This document shows, one piece after another, positions 29,327 to 39,027 of a stretch of 64,000 nt of DNA (the stretch's first letter is position 1; every line of letters begins with the position of its first letter). The notes under the pieces were generated by a model, which worked only from the letters and a program-made list of their open reading frames with translations, was not told the origin of the DNA and made no database searches. Position numbers and translations under genes: made by a program. The stretch is from Candidatus Kaiserbacteria bacterium (lineage in GTDB: Bacteria; Patescibacteriota; Minisyncoccia; Phycocordibacterales; UBA2100). The DNA lies in assembly GCA_028286865.1 (NCBI GenBank), contig JAQBQU010000007.1, positions 5,888 through 69,887 of the forward strand, given 5' to 3'.

Positions 29327-29863
29327 TTATGAGGACGCCGAGGTGAACGCACTGAGGCGGATATTGAGGTGCCATCCGTGATCCGCTCCGCCTGCGCCGC
29401 CGTTCTGCATGATCTCGATCTGATCGACCGTAGAAGGCAGCGGGAGCGATTCGAGCTCCTGCAGGGTACGGATGATCTGGGCGAAGCTTCCGTCTGCTTC
29501 TGCAACGACCGCGAAATCGTTCAGCGTACCGGCGGCGGCGGAACTCCCTTGCGACTGCGCGCTGTCCACCTTCACGACGATACCCGTCTTTGTGCCGACG
29601 CTCTCGATCAAGGTCGCGATCGACACGATGCTCATACCGGATGCTCCCTCGAGTGCGGCGCGGTCATTCGTAGTGTCTGCGACGAGGGCTCCGATGCGCT
29701 TTGTATACGCGACGCGGTCACTCTGGGCCTGTGCCGAAGATGCAGTGCTTGCTCGCGCGAGCGCTTGATCGAGCAGATCATTGCCGATGTACCAGATCCC
29801 GTACCACGCGAAGCAGGCGATGAGTACACATGCTGCTGCGATAATGTGAATATTGATCTTCAT
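29327..29863 (-). CDS. PilO-like type IV pilus assembly protein
   Basis: N-terminal TM; GSFAQIIRTLQELESLP; third gene of pilM operon. Confidence 0.65.
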   Translation of the reverse strand: MKINIHIIAAACVLIACFAWYGIWYIGNDLLDQALARASTASSAQAQSDRVAYTKRIGALVADTTNDRAALEGASGMSIVSIATLIESVGTKTGIVVKVDSAQSQGSSAAAGTLNDFAVVAEADGSFAQIIRTLQELESLPLPSTVDQIEIMQNGGAGGADHGWHLNIRLSAFTSASS

Positions 29864-29864
29864 A

Positions 29865-30377
29865 TCAGAAATTGCCCTTCAGGGAGACCGTGAAGCTTTC
29901 ACTGTTGCCGATAAGCGCATCCACCGGGATCGAAACGTTCGTGAAATGCACATCGTGCGCGAGCGCATCTCGGTATGCATTGATAGTCGTGCGCGAGGCA
30001 GCCCCGCCGAGGGTGATGAGCGAAGGCTTCGCCGTATAGGTGATGTGCGTCACGGTGACCCCTTGCGGGCGCAGACCGAGTGCCACGAGAATGCTCTCCG
30101 ACGGAGTGGTCGTTGCCGATATTATCGGGGTGAGCGCGGTGATAAGCGCCTGCGTGCGTGTGACCGTCGCGATATCATCGGGAACATTACCGGCGGAGTG
30201 CGCGACGGCTTCAGCTGCCGGCGGAGCCGCCAACTGAAGGGCCAAATAGCTCGGCACCAGTGCCAGCCCGGCAAGCGCGGAAAGCGTGAGCGACACGAGA
30301 CTTGCCGCGATCAGAAAGCGGGCACGGTACATGCCCCAGATCTTTTTTTGCGTTTCAAACGGAAGAATATTCGCCAT
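29865..30377 (-). CDS. PilN-like type IV pilus assembly protein
   Basis: N-terminal NILP motif plus TM; directly after pilM. Confidence 0.7.
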   Translation of the reverse strand: MANILPFETQKKIWGMYRARFLIAASLVSLTLSALAGLALVPSYLALQLAAPPAAEAVAHSAGNVPDDIATVTRTQALITALTPIISATTTPSESILVALGLRPQGVTVTHITYTAKPSLITLGGAASRTTINAYRDALAHDVHFTNVSIPVDALIGNSESFTVSLKGNF

Positions 30378-30380
30378 ACG

Positions 30381-31520
30381 TTACATGCTCGGTTCCTCTG
30401 CAAGACCCCGGAGTGCGAGGCCGACGGCGGTGGCATATTGCAGCGAATGCCGTTTGTCGACCGGGGGGATGTATTCGTCATAATTCGTTACGTGCTGCCA
30501 GACGTCCCCGACCGAAGTACGGGCCTGGATGCGCCCCGCAATGAACTCGTCGAGTCCCTTGAGATTTGAACTGCCGCCGACGAGCAGCACTCGTCCGACC
30601 GGGGTCATACGGTCGCCGTGTTCATTGCGTCGCGTATCCCAATAATGATAGTGCTTCGCTACTTCATCCGCGATCGCTGCGGCAGTGCTGCTCACCGCCT
30701 CCAGCTCGGGAGAGGCGCCTGCTGCGGTGAGGCCGATCTCGTTCTTAAAATCCTCCGCCTGCTGAGGCGTCATGCCCATCTTTTCGATCAGGGACCGCGT
30801 CATCTGCTCGCCTCCCACCTGAACGGTCGACGTAAATATCGGAAAGCCGTGCTTGAGGACGGCAAAGCCGGTACGCTCGCGACCGAAATCCACCAGAAGC
30901 GTGATCGGCTCATTGAGCGAGTCCGACGAGACAGCGCGCGCGATAGAACGCGCCTCTATCTCAAGGGAGAGGAGCGTGATGCCTCCCATATCGAATGCTT
31001 TCACGTAGGCCTCGGCAATATCGCGCGGAAATACTACGACACTGATCTCTTCGCTCGACCCCGCGATACGATTGAAATCATAGACGGCGGCGTCGGGCGG
31101 TATCGGCACACGATCTTCGAATCCGAATTCGATCATGCGTAAGACCTGGATACGCGGCGTCTCATTCGGGACCTGCATGCTAAAGACATACGCCGCCTCT
31201 TCGGGAAGCGCTGCGTGTGCGCATGAAATGCCGTGGAGTTCACGCCTAACGCTCTTAAGCACTTCGCCGAGTGCCACAACATCGCGGATGATGCCGTTCT
31301 CCACGATCCCGGGAGCAAGCGGCATTTCCCCGTATGTGTGTACGCGAAAAATGTCTCCATGTTGCTCCAAAGAGAGCCACTTGACGGAGCCGTCAGAAAT
31401 ATCGATGCCGGCGGCCGGCGGCATAAGAAGTTTCGGCGTCGGAAATGCGCGTGCGAGCGCGTGAGAAATAGTTTGCGAGCGCGAAACGTGCGCGTGGGAG
31501 CCTGGTACTGACGGCCTCAT
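30381..31520 (-). CDS. pilM: Type IV pilus assembly protein PilM
   Basis: GIDISDGSVK, LVDFG, LVGGSSNLKGL, YATAVGLALR actin-like fold. Confidence 0.88.
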   Translation of the reverse strand: MRPSVPGSHAHVSRSQTISHALARAFPTPKLLMPPAAGIDISDGSVKWLSLEQHGDIFRVHTYGEMPLAPGIVENGIIRDVVALGEVLKSVRRELHGISCAHAALPEEAAYVFSMQVPNETPRIQVLRMIEFGFEDRVPIPPDAAVYDFNRIAGSSEEISVVVFPRDIAEAYVKAFDMGGITLLSLEIEARSIARAVSSDSLNEPITLLVDFGRERTGFAVLKHGFPIFTSTVQVGGEQMTRSLIEKMGMTPQQAEDFKNEIGLTAAGASPELEAVSSTAAAIADEVAKHYHYWDTRRNEHGDRMTPVGRVLLVGGSSNLKGLDEFIAGRIQARTSVGDVWQHVTNYDEYIPPVDKRHSLQYATAVGLALRGLAEEPSM

Positions 31521-31568
31521 GTGCTCAGTATATCAAACAGTTGCGAGCAATCGGTCGCGCCCGTGTAC

Positions 31569-31901
31569 TTATTTTGCGCGCGTTCCTTTTTCTACGAGCC
31601 TTTCCGGTGCAAGCAGCGCAAGTCCGTCGGCGTCGCTGAGTGCGAGCAACATTCCCTGACTCTCGACACCGCGTATCACGCGAGGAGCTAAGTTCACAAT
31701 GTACGGAAGCTGTCGCCCCACGAGCTCTTCTGGCTTTTTCCACTGTGCAACGCCGGAAACGATCGTGCGTGTTCCGAATTCACCAAAATCCACGGTGCAT
31801 TTAATGAGCTTGTCGGTATCGGGGACGAGTTCGGCCGCCGTTACGAGCCCGATGCGGATATCGAGCTTTGCAAAATCGTCGTAGGTTATCTCGGGATTCA
31901 T
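31569..31901 (-). CDS. Stand-alone tRNA-binding protein (Trbp111/MetRS C-terminal OB fold)
   Basis: ITYDDFAKLDIRIG, RTIVSG, NLAPR, GVESQGMLL. Confidence 0.9.
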   Translation of the reverse strand: MNPEITYDDFAKLDIRIGLVTAAELVPDTDKLIKCTVDFGEFGTRTIVSGVAQWKKPEELVGRQLPYIVNLAPRVIRGVESQGMLLALSDADGLALLAPERLVEKGTRAK

Positions 31902-31911
31902 ACGTATGAGT

Positions 31912-32328
31912 CTACATTAAATTCGTCTCTTCAGAACTCCGGGGATGTGACGGATGCATATCCATATATCGCTGCAAGATGATCGCTGCCGCAGCACCGT
32001 CTTCATGAGCATCGTCGGGCGAGTATCGTGATGCTTCGACTGAGGAACCCGCTTCCCACGCGGAAACGACCGAGACCAGCGCGCTCATGCGCAGCTTTTC
32101 CATGAAACTCTCCGCTTCGCGTGTTACCGGATTCTCGAACCCGGAAAATGCGCGGGTGTCCCCCACGACAACGGCCGCGATCTTTTCATCCTTGACCATT
32201 TGTATGAGGCGCTCGAAGAGCTTGGCGTCGTTGTGCACTGTCGGACGCGGGAATGCGATCGTCCCTGCCGCGTCCGAAACCGCGAGTCCTACGCGCTTTA
32301 CACCGTAATCGATCCCGAGATATCGCAT
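31912..32328 (-). CDS. ruvX: YqgF/RuvX pre-16S rRNA nuclease
   Basis: LGIDYGVKRVGLAVSD; DGAAAAIILQRY. Confidence 0.88.
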   Translation of the reverse strand: MRYLGIDYGVKRVGLAVSDAAGTIAFPRPTVHNDAKLFERLIQMVKDEKIAAVVVGDTRAFSGFENPVTREAESFMEKLRMSALVSVVSAWEAGSSVEASRYSPDDAHEDGAAAAIILQRYMDMHPSHPRSSEETNLM

Positions 32329-32356
32329 AGTGTGGGCAGTATATCAAATAACGCTC

Positions 32357-32391
32357 CGCCGCCTGCATCGGGGTCATGATGCAGGCGGCGG
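32357..32391. terminator. GC-rich hairpin, possible terminator
   Basis: CCGCCGCCTGCATC-loop-GATGCAGGCGGCGG, 14-bp stem; weak U tract. Confidence 0.45.
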
Positions 32392-32455
32392 ACCGGGAAA
32401 CGAATGTTTCCGTTGACGTGCCTGCTCCTATTACAACGAGCACGCCGGATCTATT

Positions 32456-33181
32456 TCATCGGCCGTGTCCGGACAGATCATCTTCTCCTTCAGGCTCGAC
32501 CGAGCGTATGCCAAAAGCGCGGATCGTGTCGGTGGACACGAAATCTCCTATCACGATGACGAGATTGCCGGCCGTGAATTCGTTCCCGTACGGGAGACGT
32601 GTGTGCGTATCTATAAAGACCGTCGTCGTACTCTCGCCATTGGAGACGACTATATGATCCGGCGCGATCGCCACGATCATGCCACGATAGAGGTCCGATG
32701 TCTGGAAATGCGGCGGCTGCCGGTAGAGGCCGTTCAGCGGCGGCGGAAGCATGCCGTCGTGGTCGAAGTGCGCCATGCTTTTGTGCAAAGGGGTAAGCGT
32801 CACCAGAAACCCGCCGGCCACGATCACCGCCACGATACCAAGGACCGAGGTCAGAAGCGGCTTTTTGTATACGAAGGTGTAGCGTCGGACGAGTATCTCG
32901 AGGATGACGACGAAGACAAGGAGCAAAAGGAGCAGCAGCCACGGCAATGAATACAAGAAAGCGAACCAGCCGCGCAGACCGAATGAGGGCGCGAACCACG
33001 CCCCGCTTGAGTGCAAGAGATATACCACGAGGCTCACGGCGTAGATCAGCGTGAGACACACCACGAGCGCCCCCACCAACATGAGTGCCGAGAGCAGCAT
33101 GAAATGCCAACGCGGGCGCATCTGCACCTTCCCGTCGTGGATGCCCTTCATTATGATGTCTTTGAGTGATTCCTGGTTCAT
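32456..33181 (-). CDS. Membrane protein, candidate anti-sigma factor
   Basis: 3 TMs plus C-terminal beta domain; 4-bp overlap with ECF sigma gene. Confidence 0.6.
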   Translation of the reverse strand: MNQESLKDIIMKGIHDGKVQMRPRWHFMLLSALMLVGALVVCLTLIYAVSLVVYLLHSSGAWFAPSFGLRGWFAFLYSLPWLLLLLLLVFVVILEILVRRYTFVYKKPLLTSVLGIVAVIVAGGFLVTLTPLHKSMAHFDHDGMLPPPLNGLYRQPPHFQTSDLYRGMIVAIAPDHIVVSNGESTTTVFIDTHTRLPYGNEFTAGNLVIVIGDFVSTDTIRAFGIRSVEPEGEDDLSGHGR

Positions 33182-33732
33182 ATAATAGTATCTCCCGCGA
33201 TCTTCTTGAGCTGTGCCCTTGCTCTGCCGAGGCGCACCCCTACCGTCGAGACCGGTATCTGTAGAATGTCAGAAATTTCTTTGTAGTCCATGCTCTCAAG
33301 GTAATACAAGATGAGGGGCTCCCGGTATTTCGCATCGAGCTTGTCGAGGTGCGTCTCGAGCGACGCCCGCAGGTCGCGCTCCATCGCCGCACTGTCCGCC
33401 GTCTCATTTGCCGAGAGATGCGGGAGTATCGTATCGATATCAAACGTAAAGATCGTCCGCTGGGAAGCGCGCTTCTTCAGCGCATTCACGAATTCATTGT
33501 GGGCGATCCGATAGATCCACGGAGAGAATTTCCGCGCCGGATCGAAGCTCTGGATGTTCTGATACGTCTTGATGAAGATATCCTGCACGATATCCTTCGA
33601 GTCATCGGAGTCCGAAAGGAACTTGCGCGCATAGCGCATGAGCTTGTTCTGATAGCGCTCGACAAGTTCGCCGAACAGCTCGCTCTCCCCTTTTTGAATG
33701 CGCTGTGCTATCTGCTCGTCGGTCGGCTCCAT
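33178..33732 (-). CDS. ECF RNA polymerase sigma factor
   Basis: DIVQDIFIK, FSPWIYRIAHN, YKEISDILQIPVSTVGVRLGRAR. Confidence 0.93.
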   Translation of the reverse strand: MEPTDEQIAQRIQKGESELFGELVERYQNKLMRYARKFLSDSDDSKDIVQDIFIKTYQNIQSFDPARKFSPWIYRIAHNEFVNALKKRASQRTIFTFDIDTILPHLSANETADSAAMERDLRASLETHLDKLDAKYREPLILYYLESMDYKEISDILQIPVSTVGVRLGRARAQLKKIAGDTII

Positions 33733-33769
33733 TACTAGCCATCATACCCGATGCCGGTAGTGCGCGGTA

Positions 33770-34180
33770 TCACTGCCGCAATTTTGATGTTTTGAACGTT
33801 TCCGGCTTGTACGCTTCGAGGCGGACGATCTTGGGAGAGAGTCCCGCCGAAAGCAGGTCTTTTTCGAGGCGTGACACGTACTCACCCTCCTGGTCGTAGC
33901 CAAGCGCAATGATATCGGGATGCGCCTCCACGATGTGCTCTATGTATCCCTCTTCCTGACCGAGCACGACCTCGTCGACGAGCGTGTTGCGCTTTAGAAG
34001 CGATGTTCGCTCGGCTTCAGTGCGCTGCGGTGCAGCCCCCTTCAGACGAGCAACGATATTCTTTCGTGCGAGCGACACGATGAGGTACGGCTCGGGTGCC
34101 AATGCGCGTGCCTGACGGAAAAGATCGGCATGGCCCTCGTGGACCATATCGAACGTACCGAAGATCATGATCCGGGTCAT
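33770..34180 (-). CDS. Cytidylyltransferase-fold nucleotidyltransferase, RibL-like FAD synthase
   Basis: [25 protein letters not shown]; co-oriented with riboflavin kinase. Confidence 0.75.
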   Translation of the reverse strand: MTRIMIFGTFDMVHEGHADLFRQARALAPEPYLIVSLARKNIVARLKGAAPQRTEAERTSLLKRNTLVDEVVLGQEEGYIEHIVEAHPDIIALGYDQEGEYVSRLEKDLLSAGLSPKIVRLEAYKPETFKTSKLRQ

Positions 34181-34181
34181 A

Positions 34182-34919
34182 TTATTCAAATTCTATATAC
34201 ATCGCCGAATGATCCGATACCTCATCCGGCAGGACCTTAAAATCGAGCACCTTGATCCCGGGAGACACGAATGTGTAATCGGCAAACCGCTCTGACTTGG
34301 TATAGAAAGACGTTCGAGTACCGGTGATACCGTTTTCTTTTATTAAATTGCGAAGGCCCGCCCCTTCTTCGAGGATGCGCAGACTTTCAGTATTCGGCGA
34401 GAGATTAAAATCGCCGGCAAGAACATACTCTCCATTGATACTCTGGAGAAGCTCGAGTATTTTTCTCGATTGCTCAAGTCGCGCCGCGGTGTCGTTCTTA
34501 TCGATCCCCGTCCACAGACCGTGAAAGTTAAGAAGTGAATAGGATCTCTCTGCTGCCTTGACCCGCAGCCACTGAATGCTTCGTCCGAGAGTAGCGGCAT
34601 CTCTGCCGATCATTGAGTCCTTGTGCAAGTGAACATAGACCTCTCCGCTCTCTTCGATACTGACCGATCGCTTGATGAATGCGGCATTCCCCCACTCACC
34701 GGCATGGACGGGGGCGAGCACGCCCACATGGTCGGGTAAAAAATCGCTGATATCCTCGAACAGGTGCGGATTTTCCGCTTCCTCAAAGCGGGTCTGATCC
34801 GATGCATCGCGAAACACCTCTTGAAATAGGAATGCATCAATGTCCGCGTGCGCGGTAATGAAATTCTTGAGCGGCTCTGCCACTCGCCCTCCCCAAGTGT
34901 TGAGACTTATCAACTTCAT
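34182..34919 (-). CDS. Endonuclease/exonuclease/phosphatase (EEP) family protein
   Basis: ISLN, FQEV, GDFN, DY, SDH motifs; true start at ATG 34919. Confidence 0.9.
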   Translation of the reverse strand: MKLISLNTWGGRVAEPLKNFITAHADIDAFLFQEVFRDASDQTRFEEAENPHLFEDISDFLPDHVGVLAPVHAGEWGNAAFIKRSVSIEESGEVYVHLHKDSMIGRDAATLGRSIQWLRVKAAERSYSLLNFHGLWTGIDKNDTAARLEQSRKILELLQSINGEYVLAGDFNLSPNTESLRILEEGAGLRNLIKENGITGTRTSFYTKSERFADYTFVSPGIKVLDFKVLPDEVSDHSAMYIEFE

Positions 34920-35872
34920 GCGACCGAGCCTATTGTTTCTTCGACATTCACCCGACTGAGCATATACATCGCCGCGAGGAGCAGAAGAGTGCCGATCCAC
35001 TGACCCGCATAGAGTCCGAAGTACGCACCGGCGGCCTGATTGCCGGGGATGAAATATGCGTTTACGAAGACCGCCGCGAGTGGAAAGCCGAGCTCCGCGA
35101 TGGTCGCGATCGAGGCGCGAGTGAATTGCAGGCCGTAGTAATACAAAAAGAGCGAGAAGACACCGGAAGCGAGCGCGATGATAATAATGAACAGAATGTC
35201 GGTCGTCGTCACGTCCGCGCGCGCCGGGAAGGTCCCCTGTACCGTATTGAGAAGTGTGAGGAAGATAAGTCCAACGACGAAGCGGAGCGAGGTCAGCGTC
35301 TGGAATGCCGCAGTGCGTAGGACGTATTTGCCGAATACCGTTGATGCGCCCCACAAGACCGCCGCAAGAAGTGCAAGGCTCGCTCCGATCAGATTCGGAT
35401 TGAAGGTCTCCCCCGCGTAGGAGTGCGGCACAAGCCCGGGAAAGCTCACGAGGTACGCTCCGAATATCGCTATCATCGCCCATACCCAGAAGTTGCGGTG
35501 CATCGTCTCTCTGAGGAGCCATGCCGCCAAAAGGATCGCTATCAATGGCTGGACCTTTTGCAGTACGATCGAGACCGACGGATTTACGTAGTGAAAGCTC
35601 TCGGTGAAGGCGACGGCGGCGAGTGCCGAGCCGCAGACGCCGATGAAAACGATCGCAACCCACTCACGACGTGAGATGTTCTTGAGCTGTCCCCAATTGA
35701 AGAGGAGTATCGGTACCGCGATAAGGCACGACATAAGGTGCTCGCCGAACACGATGAAATTCGATGAAAGACCTTGCGTCAAATGGGTGCGGAACGGCGC
35801 ATCGGTCGCCCACAACATGGCCGCAAAGAAGACGAGTAACGGCCCCCAGATGATCATGCGTCGGGTATTCAT
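34916..35872 (-). CDS. DMT/EamA family transporter
   Basis: About 10 TMs in two EamA repeats; LLAAVLWG. Confidence 0.88.
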   Translation of the reverse strand: MNTRRMIIWGPLLVFFAAMLWATDAPFRTHLTQGLSSNFIVFGEHLMSCLIAVPILLFNWGQLKNISRREWVAIVFIGVCGSALAAVAFTESFHYVNPSVSIVLQKVQPLIAILLAAWLLRETMHRNFWVWAMIAIFGAYLVSFPGLVPHSYAGETFNPNLIGASLALLAAVLWGASTVFGKYVLRTAAFQTLTSLRFVVGLIFLTLLNTVQGTFPARADVTTTDILFIIIIALASGVFSLFLYYYGLQFTRASIATIAELGFPLAAVFVNAYFIPGNQAAGAYFGLYAGQWIGTLLLLAAMYMLSRVNVEETIGSVA

Positions 35873-36210
35873 ACGTGGAAGTATTCTCGCACAGCGAGGA
35901 CATCAGCGCGAATCGCCTCCTTCAGGAGCTCATCTCTCTCATACCGGACAGAATCTCGTATCTTTTGCTTAAGCTCGATCGACACTGTGCGTCCGTAGAC
36001 CTCTTCAGTCAGCCCGAACACGTTCGCCTCAAGAAGTGAACGCGACGGATCCGCGAAAGCGGCGCCGTGATAGATCGTTTTATCGATGCGCACGATCGCC
36101 GCATAGACGCCGCTGATCCCCGCTTCTTTGAGTACGATATTCACCGTCGGATACCCGAGCGCGCGTGCCCGCTTGGAACCTTCGATGACGATGCCGCTGA
36201 AAGTTCCCAT
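35869..36210 (-). CDS. Stand-alone riboflavin kinase domain
   Basis: RALGYPTVN, GVYA, LEAN, YGRTV, KIRD as in RibF kinase domain. Confidence 0.85.
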   Translation of the reverse strand: MGTFSGIVIEGSKRARALGYPTVNIVLKEAGISGVYAAIVRIDKTIYHGAAFADPSRSLLEANVFGLTEEVYGRTVSIELKQKIRDSVRYERDELLKEAIRADVLAVREYFHV

Positions 36211-36211
36211 A

Positions 36212-37243
36212 CTAATTGATCTCAATATCGATATATCGCACATGCGGAAAGTGTGCCTTGAGCCGTGCTTCTATCTCATCGATGCGGCGCCCCATCATCC
36301 GCGGAATGCGATCCGAGAAATCGACGCAGAATTTCTTGAACTCCTCGAAATCATCTTTCACATTGTCATATTCATCGCGCAGATTCTCCTGCTGATACGC
36401 GTCGTTCATGAGTGCCGGTCCGTTGAACTCGATCTCGCATTTGATGCGGTACACGCCGATATCAAGAATAGTCGACTTGAAGTCGATAACGCGCTCGATA
36501 GCAGGATCCGCCTGAAGCAGCTCTATGATCTCGTCGCGCTCATCAAGCGGTATCGAGCGACCGATGAGGTAGCTTCGATTCTTCGTGATCAGCACGATGG
36601 CGGCCATCGCGAGCATGACACCGATCACGATCGAGCCGATACCGTCCCATACGAAATTGCCGGTCAAATAGGAGAGCGCGATCGCGATCGCTGCGACGAT
36701 GACGCCCAAGACCGCGATCCCGTCTTCGATGCACACTGCCAAGGTCGAAGGGTCGGCCTCATGGTAGCGCTCAAGCCAGGTGGAATCCGGATGCGTTCTC
36801 ACGAGATTCCGTGCCGCTACCCAAAAGGTCGCAAACTCGATAACGAACGAGATCCCCAGGACCACAAATGCTCCGCCGGTAATATGCGCTCCGGTCCCCT
36901 CGGCGAGCGAGGTCACACCGTGATAGATCGTGACGCCGGCGCCGATAAAGAAGATCCCGCATGCGGATATGAGCGCCCAGAAGAAGCGTTCGTTGCCGTA
37001 TCCGTACACAAATTCACCGCTCGGCTTCTTGCGCGAGCGCACGACCCCGACAAGTAGGAGCAGCTGATTGAGCGTGTCTGCCACCGAGTGCACGGCCTCG
37101 GAGAACATCGCACTCGAGCCCGAGGAGAGTGCCACGACCGTCTTGATCGTCGTTACCAGTATGTTGCCGATGAGAGCCAAAAGCACCGGAACGAATCCGT
37201 GTGCCCCTTTGGAGCCCCCAGGGCCCCCGCTACCTGAGTTCAT
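36212..37243 (-). CDS. Cation diffusion facilitator transporter
   Basis: SEAVHSVAD, YGYGNERF, EDG, WDGIGS. Confidence 0.9.
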   Translation of the reverse strand: MNSGSGGPGGSKGAHGFVPVLLALIGNILVTTIKTVVALSSGSSAMFSEAVHSVADTLNQLLLLVGVVRSRKKPSGEFVYGYGNERFFWALISACGIFFIGAGVTIYHGVTSLAEGTGAHITGGAFVVLGISFVIEFATFWVAARNLVRTHPDSTWLERYHEADPSTLAVCIEDGIAVLGVIVAAIAIALSYLTGNFVWDGIGSIVIGVMLAMAAIVLITKNRSYLIGRSIPLDERDEIIELLQADPAIERVIDFKSTILDIGVYRIKCEIEFNGPALMNDAYQQENLRDEYDNVKDDFEEFKKFCVDFSDRIPRMMGRRIDEIEARLKAHFPHVRYIDIEIN

Positions 37244-37340
37244 GCGAGAACTGTAGCACATGGCCACTTAGTTGCCCTTTTGTGGGCTTTTCTATACTGT
37301 GGCCGTAGCTTTGTTCCCCCAACGACGAAGGATGTCTGTC

Positions 37341-38606
37341 ATGAAAGATACTGACCTGAGGGTACTGACGGTCGACGGCGGTGCCCGTGGACATGGGCTC
37401 CACTGTTCGATCCGGAAGAGTCCACGTGTTTCGCGCGCATTCTGCACTCCCGGCAACGGCGGCATTCCGGACCCTGATCGTCGCTCAGTGAAAGACACCG
37501 ATATCGACGGCATTGTCCGGCTTGCACAAGACCTGCAGATCGACCTCGTCGTCGTAGGTCCTGAGGCTCCGCTGGTGGCAGGGATCGTCAATCGGCTGCG
37601 GGCCGTCGGCATAGCGGCGTTCGGGCCCACGGCAGACGCTGCGGTACTTGAAGGCAGCAAGATCTTCACGAAGGCCTTCTGTCGGCGGCATAAGATCCCG
37701 ACTGCTGCGTTCCGCATCATCCGGAACTTCGAGCAGGCCGAAACGGCCATCAAGGAAAGCGGATTCCTCGTCGTCAAAGCCGACGGACTCTGCGCTGGCA
37801 AGGGCGTCACTGTCGCAAAAACCGAGGCGGGAGCGATCGAGGCGGCGCGCGCACTGCTCGTCGATAACATTCACGGCCCCGCCGGCTCGAGCATTCTCAT
37901 CGAAGAGTGTCTTACGGGTCGCGAATGTTCGATCATGGCATTCTGTGACGGACACAATGCGGTCCTCCTGCCGCCGGCCCGTGATTTCAAGCGTGCCGAG
38001 GAAGGCGACCGTGGACCGAATACCGGCGGTATGGGCTGCTATGCGCCCTTGCCGGACGTCGACGATGCACTGCTCGCTCGCATCAAGGACGAGATCATCA
38101 TGCCGACACTGCGCGGCATGGCTGAAGCAGGAACTCCGTATCATGGACTTCTGTACGCCGGCATCATGCTGACCAAGCAGGGGCCCATGCTCATCGAGTA
38201 CAACGCACGGTTCGGCGACCCGGAAACACAGACAGTCTTGCCGCTGATCGAATCCGACATAGTCGAATACATGCTCGGCACTTTGGAACTGTCGGGGCTT
38301 ACGAAGCTGCCGCCGCTGAAGCTGAAGCCGCTCGTGGCGGTCTGCACGGTACTGGCGTCAAACGGTTATCCCGGGAAGTACGAGACCGGGTTCCCCATCA
38401 CCGGCATCGAAGAGACGTCGTCGATGAAGTTCTTTCATGCGGGGACGGTTCGTTCACCGGCCCTCGTGACCTCCGGCGGGCGCGTACTGAGTTGTGTCGG
38501 ACTCGGCGAGAACTTCTCGATTGCCCGTGAACGGTCCCAACGTGGCGCCGACTTCGCCACCTTCTCGAACAAGTTCTATCGCAGCGACATCGCCGCGAAC
38601 GCGTAA
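37341..38606 (+). CDS. purD: Phosphoribosylamine--glycine ligase
   Basis: PGNGG, VVVGPEAPL, LEGSK, VVKADGLCAGKGV, GPNTGGMG, RFGDPE, YRSDI. Confidence 0.95.
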   Translation: MKDTDLRVLTVDGGARGHGLHCSIRKSPRVSRAFCTPGNGGIPDPDRRSVKDTDIDGIVRLAQDLQIDLVVVGPEAPLVAGIVNRLRAVGIAAFGPTADAAVLEGSKIFTKAFCRRHKIPTAAFRIIRNFEQAETAIKESGFLVVKADGLCAGKGVTVAKTEAGAIEAARALLVDNIHGPAGSSILIEECLTGRECSIMAFCDGHNAVLLPPARDFKRAEEGDRGPNTGGMGCYAPLPDVDDALLARIKDEIIMPTLRGMAEAGTPYHGLLYAGIMLTKQGPMLIEYNARFGDPETQTVLPLIESDIVEYMLGTLELSGLTKLPPLKLKPLVAVCTVLASNGYPGKYETGFPITGIEETSSMKFFHAGTVRSPALVTSGGRVLSCVGLGENFSIARERSQRGADFATFSNKFYRSDIAANA

Positions 38607-38629
38607 TAGAAGATGTTCTCGTACGACTT

Positions 38630-38664
38630 AGTCCCGGCTCTTCTCGGCCGGGACTTTCTTTTTT
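38630..38664 (+). terminator. Terminator after purD
   Basis: AGTCCCGGC-loop-GCCGGGACT followed by T run. Confidence 0.75.
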
Positions 38665-38683
38665 GGCGGAGGGGGTGAGATTC

Positions 38684-38768
38684 GGTCAGGAATATCTCTT
38701 CGGCCGTCGCCGAAGAGATTTCACGACCCTGGCTCGCGAATCGCTTCTACTGAAGCGATGACGCTCCG
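38684..38768. repeat. Structured intergenic repeat, copy C
   Basis: GGTCAGGAAT-ATCTCTTCG-GCCGTCGC-CGAAGAGAT-TTCACGACCCTGGCTCGCGA-ATCGCTTC-TACT-GAAGCGAT-GACGCTCCG. Confidence 0.85.
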
Positions 38769-38853
38769 CCTTTCGAATCTCACACGAAGCATGCACCGCA
38801 TACTTCTCCCCTCCGCCTATGAAAAAGGCGCCTTACGGCGCTTTTTCTATCGG

Positions 38854-38940
38854 CGGAGGGGGTGAGATTCGAACTCACGGTCCCGTTTCCGAGACGACAG
38901 TTTTCAAGACTGTTCCATTAGACCACTCTGGCACCCCTCC
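38854..38940 (-). tRNA. tRNA-Ser(TGA)
   Basis: Cloverleaf with long variable arm; ACAGT-CTTGAAA-ACTGT. Confidence 0.95.
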
Positions 38941-39027
38941 CTATGTACTTCTGTACCACTGTTGTACCACGGCGCGCATTCTTTCGCATGTCTCGATTTA
39001 TCTCGGTGATACAATGTGTGAAAAGAT

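Noticed and set aside
34920..35663. N-terminal extension making the EEP ORF 493 aa
   Set aside because: Overlaps the EamA gene in another frame; the EEP domain begins at ATG 34919 with a normal ATGA overlap.
38665..38817. Second tRNA-Ser interrupted by an intron
   Set aside because: Only acceptor and T-arm fragments are present, with no D or anticodon arm; reported instead as duplicated tRNA ends.
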